The position numbers and the translations under genes are program-made. The notes below the pieces were generated by a model that was not told the origin of the DNA, did no database searches, and worked only from the letters and a program-made list of their open reading frames with translations. DNA of 64,000 nucleotides, taken from assembly GCA_965204375.1 (NCBI GenBank), contig OZ241986.1:5600001-5664000 (forward strand). Direction: 5' to 3'. The DNA is from Candidatus Latescibacterota bacterium (GTDB lineage Bacteria; Latescibacterota; UBA2968). Below are positions 18,582 to 27,500 of this stretch, piece by piece (positions within the stretch are counted from its first letter, which is position 1; the number at the start of each line of letters is the position of its first letter).

Positions 18582-18936
18582 GTTTGTTCACCTCTGGCAC
18601 AAAAAGTGGAGGGGCTTCGCTCCAGACAATGCACCCTTCTCGTAGCCAGTAATGACATCGACAGGGGAGCCCGGTCACATGAACCGAGGGTAATAGCGAA
18701 ATTCGTCCGTCCGAGTGTTCTTTTATGCGCCACTTTTTGACTACCTGGGGCGATACATCAAGGTGAATAATCTGTTGGCATGCTTGACGTGGACAAACAA
18801 TTGCCGCATAGAAGGGATGGTCACGCCCCCCAATGATATACACTGTATTTTTCTCAGTGTTTTCCGGTAAATCCTCTACCCACTTTGTGCGGTAAGGATG
18901 GAAACGCGCCCACAAATTGAATAACCATCTAATCAT
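18571..18936 (-). CDS. DUF6527-like small Cys/His metal-binding protein
   Basis: CPRQAC...W...ISLLPSV...CRCHYWLREG.I.W pattern; overlaps both neighbours. Confidence 0.75.
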   Translation of the reverse strand: MIRWLFNLWARFHPYRTKWVEDLPENTEKNTVYIIGGRDHPFYAAIVCPRQACQQIIHLDVSPQVVKKWRIKEHSDGRISLLPSVHVTGLPCRCHYWLREGCIVWSEAPPLFVPEVNKHDP

Positions 18937-20320
18937 GACTAATGTTGTTTTTTACAAGCAAACTTCTGTCGCCTGTTCCCTTATATCGTTTTAGTAACGG
19001 ATGCGGAATGCCCGTGTCCATATCGTTTTCATAGCACCCATGCACCAGACGAAACCTTTGAGTTCCAAATTCGTAGTTGTCGTCAAAACGGTAGGTGTGA
19101 ATCCTGGCCATAAAATCATTAAAAGCCATGCACGCCGCTTGCATATTGACAGACATGACAGCGGGTTGTTCCTCGCCGACTGCCGCCAAATATCCGGCCA
19201 CGCGCTGTTCCTGGTAGTATGATGGGTCTTTTCTCTGCCAATTTTCCGCTGTTACCTGTTCCATTGTGTACGCGCCTCGCGAAAGCAAGCTTCCGCCTTC
19301 CGGGTGGATGTAATGAGACACAGCATCAGCAGAGGTAATGCCACCTTTGCCATCGGCGTCGATATCAACGCCTACATCAAAGTATGGGATCAAGTACGCA
19401 CTCGCCAGGCAATCCAAATGGTATCTGCCAAAGGCGGAATCCACACAACCAAAAATCACATCGCAATCCACCAAAGCCTCTACAACATCCGGTGAGTCTG
19501 TTAATCCTTGGAGGGCTTTGACTTCTGTCTCCATTCCCATTGCCTGAATTGCCTGTTTAATTGCCAATACTTTCGGCTGTTTCTTACTCGCAGCGTTCAT
19601 TGTGCTGTTGATAATGCGGTTCAGATTTTTCTCTTCTAAAATATCGTTATCCACTATTACCAACTCTCCTACACAATTGCGGACGAGAAGTTCTATTATG
19701 ATGCTACCAGTGCCTGAGCAGCCGATAACTCCCACCCTCATATTGTGCAACAACTCCAGCGTTCCTTTACCAAAGGTTTGTGACAGCTTACTCTGGTACG
19801 CAGTGTGTTTTCTTTTTTTGCTCTGCTTCCAGAGGCGGATATTGTTGCCGACTACGGAAACCGTCGCCAGGTTAGCGAACTTACCATGCGCGTCAACGGT
19901 GCGTGCATTGATTGCGCCATTCGACAACATGATTGCGGACCCATTTGGGCGATTGTCGTCAAACCAGTTACAAACCGAAGGAAATAACTCTCGATCGTTT
20001 AGATCATCAATTTCTGAAAATCGGCCGTATCCCTTAGGATGTGAATGAATGGTAACGATAGACTGACCGCATAGGTCTATTTCGCTAATTTTTTCTGGTG
20101 GAAGGTGATCGCCAAAAGGCCAGGAAACAAAGTTTTTCTTTCTCCTGGAATCACTATGCGGCAAAGATAAAACATCCGTGGCCAGAAGACGGTGGGACTG
20201 TTTTCCCGTTCCTTGATTACACAGTAAAATCGCGGCGGCTTCCAGTCCATCGCCGGGAAACAGATGCTTAAAAACAGCCTCATGGAGGCACTCAGTCATC
20301 GCCAGAATGGCGGAGTTCAT
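18929..20320 (-). CDS. JAB/MPN+ peptidase fused to a ThiF/E1-like adenylation domain
   Basis: E...IHSHP...FSEIDD (JAMM motif); VIGCSGTGS, DNDILEEKNLNR, GCVDS..GR (E1 motifs); TGATG overlap with the upstream stop. Confidence 0.9.
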   Translation of the reverse strand: MNSAILAMTECLHEAVFKHLFPGDGLEAAAILLCNQGTGKQSHRLLATDVLSLPHSDSRRKKNFVSWPFGDHLPPEKISEIDLCGQSIVTIHSHPKGYGRFSEIDDLNDRELFPSVCNWFDDNRPNGSAIMLSNGAINARTVDAHGKFANLATVSVVGNNIRLWKQSKKRKHTAYQSKLSQTFGKGTLELLHNMRVGVIGCSGTGSIIIELLVRNCVGELVIVDNDILEEKNLNRIINSTMNAASKKQPKVLAIKQAIQAMGMETEVKALQGLTDSPDVVEALVDCDVIFGCVDSAFGRYHLDCLASAYLIPYFDVGVDIDADGKGGITSADAVSHYIHPEGGSLLSRGAYTMEQVTAENWQRKDPSYYQEQRVAGYLAAVGEEQPAVMSVNMQAACMAFNDFMARIHTYRFDDNYEFGTQRFRLVHGCYENDMDTGIPHPLLKRYKGTGDRSLLVKNNISHD

Positions 20321-21423
20321 CACCCTATCGCACCTTTCATCTCATTTTTGACATACTCAATGTGCGTCACAAGGGTATCAATTCCCGGTCTCCACTGATA
20401 GTGACGCGACCATCGTTGCCAGGTCCGACCAAAATGGATTTCAGACGCCAGCGCACCTATTGTCCCGCCATTCGCTGTATTGAGTGGTGGGGCAAAATAG
20501 AACATGTCCAAAGCCGATCCGGGATAACCGCTTGGAATGAGTAACATCAGTGTAGATTTTTCTATCGTATAGCCGTTCGGGATAGGGAAATCCTCTATGA
20601 GCAAACCAAATTTTCCGTTACCTTCAGATATTTTTTTCCATTTGGATGGAAAATTCCCATCCAAATACTCAGTATCTTCCGGCAACAGGCCATAGAGGGC
20701 ACCTTGTTGCGCTTGTCGTCGAACGGTTTCAAAGCGCTCAATGCCAGGACAAGCCAGGTTGACCTTCTCATCGGCATCGATTTTTTCTCTTTTACCGCCG
20801 CGTAGTTTCTGGTTGAGCGACCATTCATCAAAGTTTTTCCCGGCCAAGGCCAAAATTTCGGTTCCTATGATATCCTCGGTGGCCACGGTGTACTTGTCTC
20901 CGTCTATGCGGATGCGATATTTTTTTCCTTTGGGTGGACGGCGTCCGTGCTTTCCACACTCCTCTATATCGATTGAATCATCGCCATTGATGATGGGAGG
21001 GATAACAAAATACGAGTCCTCATCCTGAATAACAATTGTTATATCATCCGCAATTTCCACATCCACGCCGTCTTCGATATCCGCAAACAGGCGTCCCTGA
21101 GGGAATTTATCATCTAGTTCTTTTAGTGCTTTACCGGTAACTTTTGCAGTCGGTAGAGCAATGCGGGAACCGTTGAACTCAGGCTGTATTTCATTCCGTA
21201 ATAGGGGATTATTCTCTATACAACTTTCTCCAACCACAAATTTTTCTCCGCCGTGGATGATCAGATATTCCTTTGGCAAAAGAGGAATGTCTATGCCGTC
21301 TTCACGGTTCAAAAAAAGTCGTTTTCCGTTGCAGTCGGCAAGTTCACAAAGAACGGTAACGGGAATAAATCCCGAATGGATGGGCTTTTCCTGCCCGTCA
21401 ATTTGGATAAAAAGTTGATTCAT
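20320..21423 (-). CDS. multi-ubiquitin (3x Ubl) domain fused to a prokaryotic E2/UBC-like domain
   Basis: Three ~70-aa beta-grasp-like repeats (I.IDG/FNG...G..L..L...E.F) ending in QAQQG, then P.GY...IP.GYP...DMFYF.P...WQRWSRH..WRPG.D.L.TH; AAGGAG RBS before ATG 21423. Confidence 0.85.
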   Translation of the reverse strand: MNQLFIQIDGQEKPIHSGFIPVTVLCELADCNGKRLFLNREDGIDIPLLPKEYLIIHGGEKFVVGESCIENNPLLRNEIQPEFNGSRIALPTAKVTGKALKELDDKFPQGRLFADIEDGVDVEIADDITIVIQDEDSYFVIPPIINGDDSIDIEECGKHGRRPPKGKKYRIRIDGDKYTVATEDIIGTEILALAGKNFDEWSLNQKLRGGKREKIDADEKVNLACPGIERFETVRRQAQQGALYGLLPEDTEYLDGNFPSKWKKISEGNGKFGLLIEDFPIPNGYTIEKSTLMLLIPSGYPGSALDMFYFAPPLNTANGGTIGALASEIHFGRTWQRWSRHYQWRPGIDTLVTHIEYVKNEMKGAIG

Positions 21424-21439
21424 GACTATAAACTCCTTA

Positions 21440-21538
21440 TGTTCTTCAGTGATAGATGGTTTTTGATCTATCAAGATTGCTTGACATTTTACAATTTTCG
21501 TCACAATTTTCGTGACGATATGTCATAATTATTATGAC
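21440..21538. promoter_or_regulatory. divergent promoter region with palindromic operators
   Basis: GTCACAATTTTCGTGAC (21500-21516) and GTCATAATTATTATGAC (21522-21538); extra inverted repeat tgatagat-N8-atctatca (21440-21463); TTGACA at 21481. Confidence 0.7.
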
Positions 21539-21570
21539 GTTCTGTATCAATTTAAAGGATTTACATCACT

Positions 21571-21909
21571 ATGTCAACCCCTACTACTGGTATATTTCCC
21601 GATAATCTGAAAAAGATACGAGAAATCAAAGGATTAAGCCAGACTGAACTTGCAAAAAGATCTGGACTTCAGCCATCCGCAGTCTCACATTTTGAGACGG
21701 GTAGGCGGGCACCTTCCTTTGATAACTTAAAGCGTTTGGCAGACACGCTTGAGGTCACAACTGACTTTCTTATAGGTCGTGAAATTGATCCAACTACGTC
21801 TGGCCCGACCTTAGAAAGCATTTTCAGAAATGCTCAAGAAATGGCAGATGATGACCGTCAGAAATTGGCTGAGTTCGCGGAATTTCTTGCCAGCAAAAAG
21901 AAATCGTAG
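21571..21909 (+). CDS. XRE-family HTH transcriptional regulator
   Basis: LKKIREIKGLSQTELAKRSGLQPSAVSHFETGRRAPS...LADTLEVTTDFL. Confidence 0.93.
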   Translation: MSTPTTGIFPDNLKKIREIKGLSQTELAKRSGLQPSAVSHFETGRRAPSFDNLKRLADTLEVTTDFLIGREIDPTTSGPTLESIFRNAQEMADDDRQKLAEFAEFLASKKKS

Positions 21910-21924
21910 TGGTAGGAGTAAATT

Positions 21925-22773
21925 GTGAATCAAAGATACCGGTTATTGCAAGCAGAAGCTCATGCTGAAAATTTGGTGAAACAGCTTGGTATTGCATCGC
22001 TTCCTATCAACCCTATTGAGATTGCCGAGCAACATGAAATCAGGTGTAAGCCTGAAAAGATACAGGGATTTTCTGGTTGTTTGATAAAACGAGGAGACGT
22101 TTTCGGCATTCTTTATTCATCTAAATTCAACAATGAAGGGTTTATTCGATTTACTGTGGCACACGAATTAGGGCACTATTTCTTACCAGGCCATCCAGAA
22201 CTTCTATTTCCAACAGGTAATGGTACTCACTATTCTCACAACGGATTTACAGCCCGTGACTTTCACGAGCTTGAGGCCGACCACTTTGCCGCAGGGTTAC
22301 TCATGCCTCGACATTTGTTTGGAGTAGCACTGGGGCAAGAGACAATTCCCGGATTTTATGCAATTGAATCACTTTCCGAAAAATGTAAAACATCAATTAC
22401 TGCTACTGCTATCCGATATGCGACCTTTGCAGATTATCCCGTTGCTCTCATTGTAAGTTCCAATAATAGAGTTGAGTACTCGTTTATGTCTGACACGATG
22501 AAAACAAAAATTCGAGGAGCCTCGTGGCTGAAAAAAGGAGAGGGCATACCTCCACAAAGCCAAACCGCTGCATTCAATGAAGATCAAAACAACATTCTAT
22601 CGGGTGCAAAAGAGGAAAGTAGCTCCTACTTGGATGCCTGGTTTGCAGGAGCACAGTCGGAGGAAATCAATGAAGATGTGATTGGACTGGGTGGCTATGG
22701 AAAGACCCTGACGGTTCTATTTTCCGAAGAACCACTAACAGATGATAACGAATTAAATTTTGGAGATTATTGA
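21925..22773 (+). CDS. ImmA/IrrE-family zinc metallopeptidase
   Basis: RFTVAHELGH (HExxH), ELEADHFAAGLLMP. Confidence 0.92.
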   Translation: MNQRYRLLQAEAHAENLVKQLGIASLPINPIEIAEQHEIRCKPEKIQGFSGCLIKRGDVFGILYSSKFNNEGFIRFTVAHELGHYFLPGHPELLFPTGNGTHYSHNGFTARDFHELEADHFAAGLLMPRHLFGVALGQETIPGFYAIESLSEKCKTSITATAIRYATFADYPVALIVSSNNRVEYSFMSDTMKTKIRGASWLKKGEGIPPQSQTAAFNEDQNNILSGAKEESSSYLDAWFAGAQSEEINEDVIGLGGYGKTLTVLFSEEPLTDDNELNFGDY

Positions 22774-22864
22774 TTACAAACTAAGTGAATTTATTCATGA
22801 TTTGATTGCAGAATCGGGACAGGGAAAAGGCGTCTCAACTGATATACTCCGTGAAGGGGTAAAA

Positions 22865-23314
22865 ATGCGACAAACCATTGAGGCTACGATTGATGAACAG
22901 GGCAATGTGCGGTTATTACAGCCCATCCAGTTGTCAAAACCACGACGCGCTTATGTGACAATTCTCGCTGATGAGCGAGATATTCCTGAAACGGCATTGC
23001 TCAGTGAAGCCGCACTTGCCGAAGACTGGAATCGTCCAGAGGAAGACGCCGCTTGGTCACATCTACACCCTGCGCCTGTTCGCCTCGACTGGCGTCAAGT
23101 GCGCTCCGTTGTCGAGGCAGCCGCTTCCGAGTTGAATTGGAATGTTGAAATCTCTATTGATACTGCTGAAAACCTCATTGTCGTGGCTGTGCCAGAGGAC
23201 CAGGACGACTTGATGGTGGAGACTGAGTTTGATTTCTACGCATTGATTATGAATCAATTAGACCAAGATGTCTTTAAGACAATTAATTTCTTTTTCGTTT
23301 CGGATTCTGACTGA
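22865..23314 (+). CDS. antitoxin-like N-terminus fused to an unknown acidic domain
   Basis: MRQTIEATIDEQGNVRLL...LSEAALAEDWNRPEEDAAWSHL normally ends a ~70-aa antitoxin-like protein; here it runs on for ~80 aa. Confidence 0.5.
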   Translation: MRQTIEATIDEQGNVRLLQPIQLSKPRRAYVTILADERDIPETALLSEAALAEDWNRPEEDAAWSHLHPAPVRLDWRQVRSVVEAAASELNWNVEISIDTAENLIVVAVPEDQDDLMVETEFDFYALIMNQLDQDVFKTINFFFVSDSD

Positions 23315-23350
23315 CCGAACTTCGTTCATCGAAATTCAGGAGGACCGCCC

Positions 23351-23521
23351 ATGTCTAAGAACACATCAGAAGAAGGACCGAAGATATATGTAACCTCAAG
23401 GGGAGCAAGGTATGTCAAAGCAGATGAGGTGCTCAAGAGTCCCAAGGTGCGCAAAGCAATTGAAAAAATGGCGCAGATTCCCATTGAGCGGAAGTCATCT
23501 GGCACGTCTCCGAGTAAGTAA
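23351..23521 (+). CDS. small basic protein (56 aa), absent from the ORF track
   Basis: AGGAGG RBS; MSKNTSEEGPKIYVTSRGARYVKADEVLKSPKVRKAIEKMAQIPIERKSSGTSPSK*. Confidence 0.55.
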   Translation: MSKNTSEEGPKIYVTSRGARYVKADEVLKSPKVRKAIEKMAQIPIERKSSGTSPSK

Positions 23522-23555
23522 AAAACCAGTGTAATCATTTTATGAGGAGGCCCCA

Positions 23556-24251
23556 TTGGGTCTTGGATTACTTCTTATCCCTACTCTCGGAGGATACTGG
23601 TTTTTGGCAAATCTGTACCTCGCGCGCTACAGTATGCTTCGGGATTCGGGTTACCATGTCTTATTTAAATCTGCTATCGCAGGTTGCTTTTTGGTTGTCG
23701 TTGCACGCTTGATCGTTGTTAGCCTTCTAAATCCCTATCTTCCCTATGTCGGCGAATTTTGGAAGTTCTATGTACCTTTCGATTATTCTGGTACGGTTGC
23801 ATTAAGCCTTCTGTTAGGGCCTCTGTTGCCGATAGTGATCAATCGGCTCTACGGCGCAGAAAAGGCGGCGCAACGGACGGCGATAAGTAATGGCGACCTC
23901 ATCGAACTTTTAATCAGTGAATCCATAGAACGTGAAGAGTTCGTTGAACTCTCGCTAAGAAGCCGGAAATCCTATATTGGTGTGGCTCTTGTGAGTGGAA
24001 TAGCAAGTCATGGAGAATCTGATATTGCACTTATCCCTGTAGCAAGCGGTTATCGAAAAGAAGACACCCACGAGTTAGAAATTACGACTAATTATGCTCC
24101 TGTGCTTTGGGAATTTCTTGAAAAACAAGGGTCAACGGGTCTGGTTTATGAGGATTTTCGGATTGTGATTCCCATGTCCGAAATTGTGTCCGCGCGCATC
24201 TTTGATCCTGATGTGTACGAATTATTTCAGCAAGAAGGATCATCCGAATAG
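23556..24251 (+). CDS. hypothetical membrane protein with N-terminal TM helices and a soluble C-terminal domain
   Basis: AGGAGG RBS with TTG start; about 3 hydrophobic segments, then K.YIG...SGYR..DT...TTNY...F.IVIP..EI.SAR.FD. Confidence 0.7.
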   Translation: MGLGLLLIPTLGGYWFLANLYLARYSMLRDSGYHVLFKSAIAGCFLVVVARLIVVSLLNPYLPYVGEFWKFYVPFDYSGTVALSLLLGPLLPIVINRLYGAEKAAQRTAISNGDLIELLISESIEREEFVELSLRSRKSYIGVALVSGIASHGESDIALIPVASGYRKEDTHELEITTNYAPVLWEFLEKQGSTGLVYEDFRIVIPMSEIVSARIFDPDVYELFQQEGSSE

Positions 24252-24269
24252 CCAGTAGAGGCGGCCTGT

Positions 24270-24506
24270 ATGAGCCATATCAAATTTCAGGTTCGTATTG
24301 AACAAAATGAGGACGGCGTTTTTGTGGCCGAAGTACCCGCGTTGCCTGGGTGTATTGTGCAGGGACAGACGCGAAGCGACGCCTTGTTAAATGCCGAAAA
24401 AGCGATTGAAGATCATGGTCTCGCGCAATTGATAAATGAAGTACAGGATGAAGAACGTCTTAATGGAGAAGATGCCTATAATTACTATAGATCGCTGAAA
24501 AGTTGA
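24270..24506 (+). CDS. HicB-like antitoxin (orphan)
   Basis: EDGVFVAEVPALPGCIVQGQTRSDALLNAEKAIE; no hicA adjacent. Confidence 0.75.
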   Translation: MSHIKFQVRIEQNEDGVFVAEVPALPGCIVQGQTRSDALLNAEKAIEDHGLAQLINEVQDEERLNGEDAYNYYRSLKS

Positions 24507-24526
24507 ATATTTCCTGATCTCTTACA

Positions 24527-27500
24527 ATGACCAGAAAACCCACATCTGAAAAAGACTTTGAAGACGCGATTGAAGCGTGGCTGGTAGGTCGCGCTGGATA
24601 TGCCAAAGCCGATAGTCGCCAGTTCGATTCCGAACTCGGTCTGGACAAACACACGTTGCTCGCGTTTCTCAAAGAGACGCAGTCCGATACAATGGACGCG
24701 CTCAAGAGAAGCTATGGCAACGCGGTGGAGGAGGCTGTTGTCAAGCGGATTGCCTCTGAGTGCGATAAGCGCGGGTTGCTCGATGTGGTGCGGAATGGCG
24801 TGCGTGACCGGGGGCAACATCTGCGTCTGGCTTATTTTCGCCCGCCGACCCGTCTGAATGTCGAAACGGAAAAACGCTATAATCAGAATCGCCTCACGGT
24901 GATGCGACAGGTGCGTTATGATGTGGAGAGTAATCATTCGATTGATATGCTCTTGTCGCTCAATGGTCTGCCCATTGCTACGGTCGAACTCAAAAACGCT
25001 TTCACGGGACAGCGTACGGGTCACGCTATTCAGCAATATATCAAGGATCGCGTCCCCACCGTCAGAACCCCTCTTATTCAGTTCAAAAAACGCGCGCTCG
25101 TGCATTTTGCCGTTGATACCGATGACGTGTATATGACGACGCGGCTTTCGGGTGATAAGACTTTCTTCCTGCCTTTTAATACGGGTAATAAAGGTGGTAA
25201 AGGCAATCCCGACGATCACCAGTATCAGACGGGATACAAGACCGGTTATCTCTGGGAAGAAATCTGGCAGCGCGATAGTTGGCTGGATATTATCCACAGG
25301 TTTATCCACCTTCATGTGGAAAAAAGTACCGATATCGCCACGCGCAAAACGACGACCAGAGAAACCCTCATTTTTCCCCGCTATCACCAGCTCACCGCTG
25401 TTCGCAATCTGATTGCAGATACCAGAGCCAAAGGTGTGGGTCACAATTATCTGATTCAGCACAGTGCCGGGTCGGGTAAGACCAATACGATTTCGTGGCT
25501 CGCCCATCAGCTTGCCAGTATCCACGATGATGCGGATGCGCCTATTTTTAATTCGGTTGTGGTTGTTTCCGACCGGCGCAATCTGGATAAGCAGTTGCAG
25601 GATAATATCTATCAGATCGAACACAAGCAGGGTGTGGTTGTCAAAATTGATGAGGACCGCAATTCAAGTGATCTGGCTGATGAACTCAATAAGGGGACAA
25701 AGATCATTATTACGACGCTGCAGAAATTTTCTTTTTTGATGGGCAAGGTGGAGGATCTGTCAGACAGGAAATTTGCGGTGATTGTAGATGAGGCTCATAG
25801 CAGTCAGGGTGGGCGAAGTGCGAGCAATTTACGCGGTGTGTTGGGTGGACTGGAGAAAGCAGAGGCTGAGGAAGAAGATCCGCCCGATATGGAAGATTTG
25901 ATTCTTGCGGAGGCCAAACGTCGAGGGCCACAGCCGAATATCAATTTTTACGCTTTTACGGCAACGCCGAAGCACCGTACGCTCGAGATGTTTGGCGTGC
26001 GCGATGCAGAGGGCAATCCGCAGCCGTTCCATCTTTATGCCATGCGTCAGGGTATTGAAGAGGGTTTTATCCACGATGTGCTCAAGCATTATACCACGTA
26101 CAGGACGTATTACAAATTGTCCAAAGCGATTGAAGACGATCCCGAGGTGGATGAGAGCAAGGCGAAGCGGGCTATTGCGCGGTTTATGAGTTTGCATCCG
26201 CACAATATCGCGCAGAAGACGGAGATTATGGTTGAGCATTTTCGGGCTTTTACCCGTAAGAAGATTAATGGCAATGCGAAGGCGATGGTTGTGACGCGCT
26301 CGCGGTTACATGCGGTGCGCTACAAACAGGCTTTTGAGAAATATATTGAGGCAAGAGGATATACCGGTCTCAAAACGCTTGTGGCGTTTTCTGGAACTGT
26401 TTTCGATCCAGATGTGGAAGATAAGCAGTACACGGAGGCGAGCATGAACGGCATTAGTGAACGAGAATTGCCCGCCTATTTTGCTACGCCCGAATATCAG
26501 ATTTTGATTGTTGCGGAGAAGTATCAGACGGGTTTTGATCAACCTCTTTTGCATACGATGTTCGTCGATAAGCGGCTTGCTGATCTGAAGGCTGTTCAGA
26601 CTCTGTCGCGGCTTAACCGCACGGCGGGTGGGAAGGTAGATACGTTTGTGTTGGATTTTGCCAATGAGATTGACGAGATCAAAGAGGCGTTTAAGCCGTA
26701 TTACGAACAGACGGAGATCGATGAACCGACCGATCCCAATCACCTCTATACGCTGGATGCAAGACTGAAAAGCGAACCTGTGCTGCGCGATGAGGAGATT
26801 GGGGAATTTGCCAGGACCTATTTTAAGCTCCAATCACTTCGAACAAGGGATGATCACGGACAACTCAACAAGTGGGTCGATCCCGCTGTGGAGCGATTCA
26901 AACAATCTTATGGTGTCTCGGGTTCGGATGGGGACGCATACACGGAAGAAGGCGAGATTTTTAAAAGCACCTTGCAGAGCTTTATACGGCTGTATGGCTT
27001 TTTGAGTCAGATTATCGAATGGCAGGATCCCGCGTTGGAGAAGCTCTATGCGTATGCGAGGCATTTGTTCACAAAATTGCCTCGGCGTTCGGGCGAGGGG
27101 ATGTTGGAACTCGACGATGAAGTTGCACTTTCGCACTATCGCAACGAGATGACATTTTCTGGTAGCGGAGCTTTGGAGGTGGGAGACAAAGATTTTGTGC
27201 AGGGCGTGGGTGATGTTGGTACGGCAACGGCCAAAGACGACCATACCGCACCGCTGTCGTCTATTATTGAAGTGATCAACGAGCGGTTTGGCACCAGTTG
27301 GACGGATGAGGATAGATTGTTGTTTGATCAGATTTCAGGCGATATGGTGCGAAATGCACGTCTTGCGGAGCAGGCGCAGGCCAATTCAATAGATCAGTTT
27401 AAGCAGGTTTTTGAACCCGAAGTGATGAAGGCATTTGTTCAACGGCAGGGCAGAAACCAGAAGATTGTGAACGATTTTATGTCTGATAGAGCACTGCGCG

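Noticed and set aside
16944-22773. CBASS/Pycsar or Gabija assignment
   Set aside because: No nucleotide cyclase (CD-NTase) and no UvrD-like GajB gene; E2 is fused to Ubl and E1 to JAB, unlike Cap2/Cap3.
22760-22864. Upstream extension of the 22865 ORF
   Set aside because: TTG start with no RBS; the recognisable domain starts at ATG 22865.
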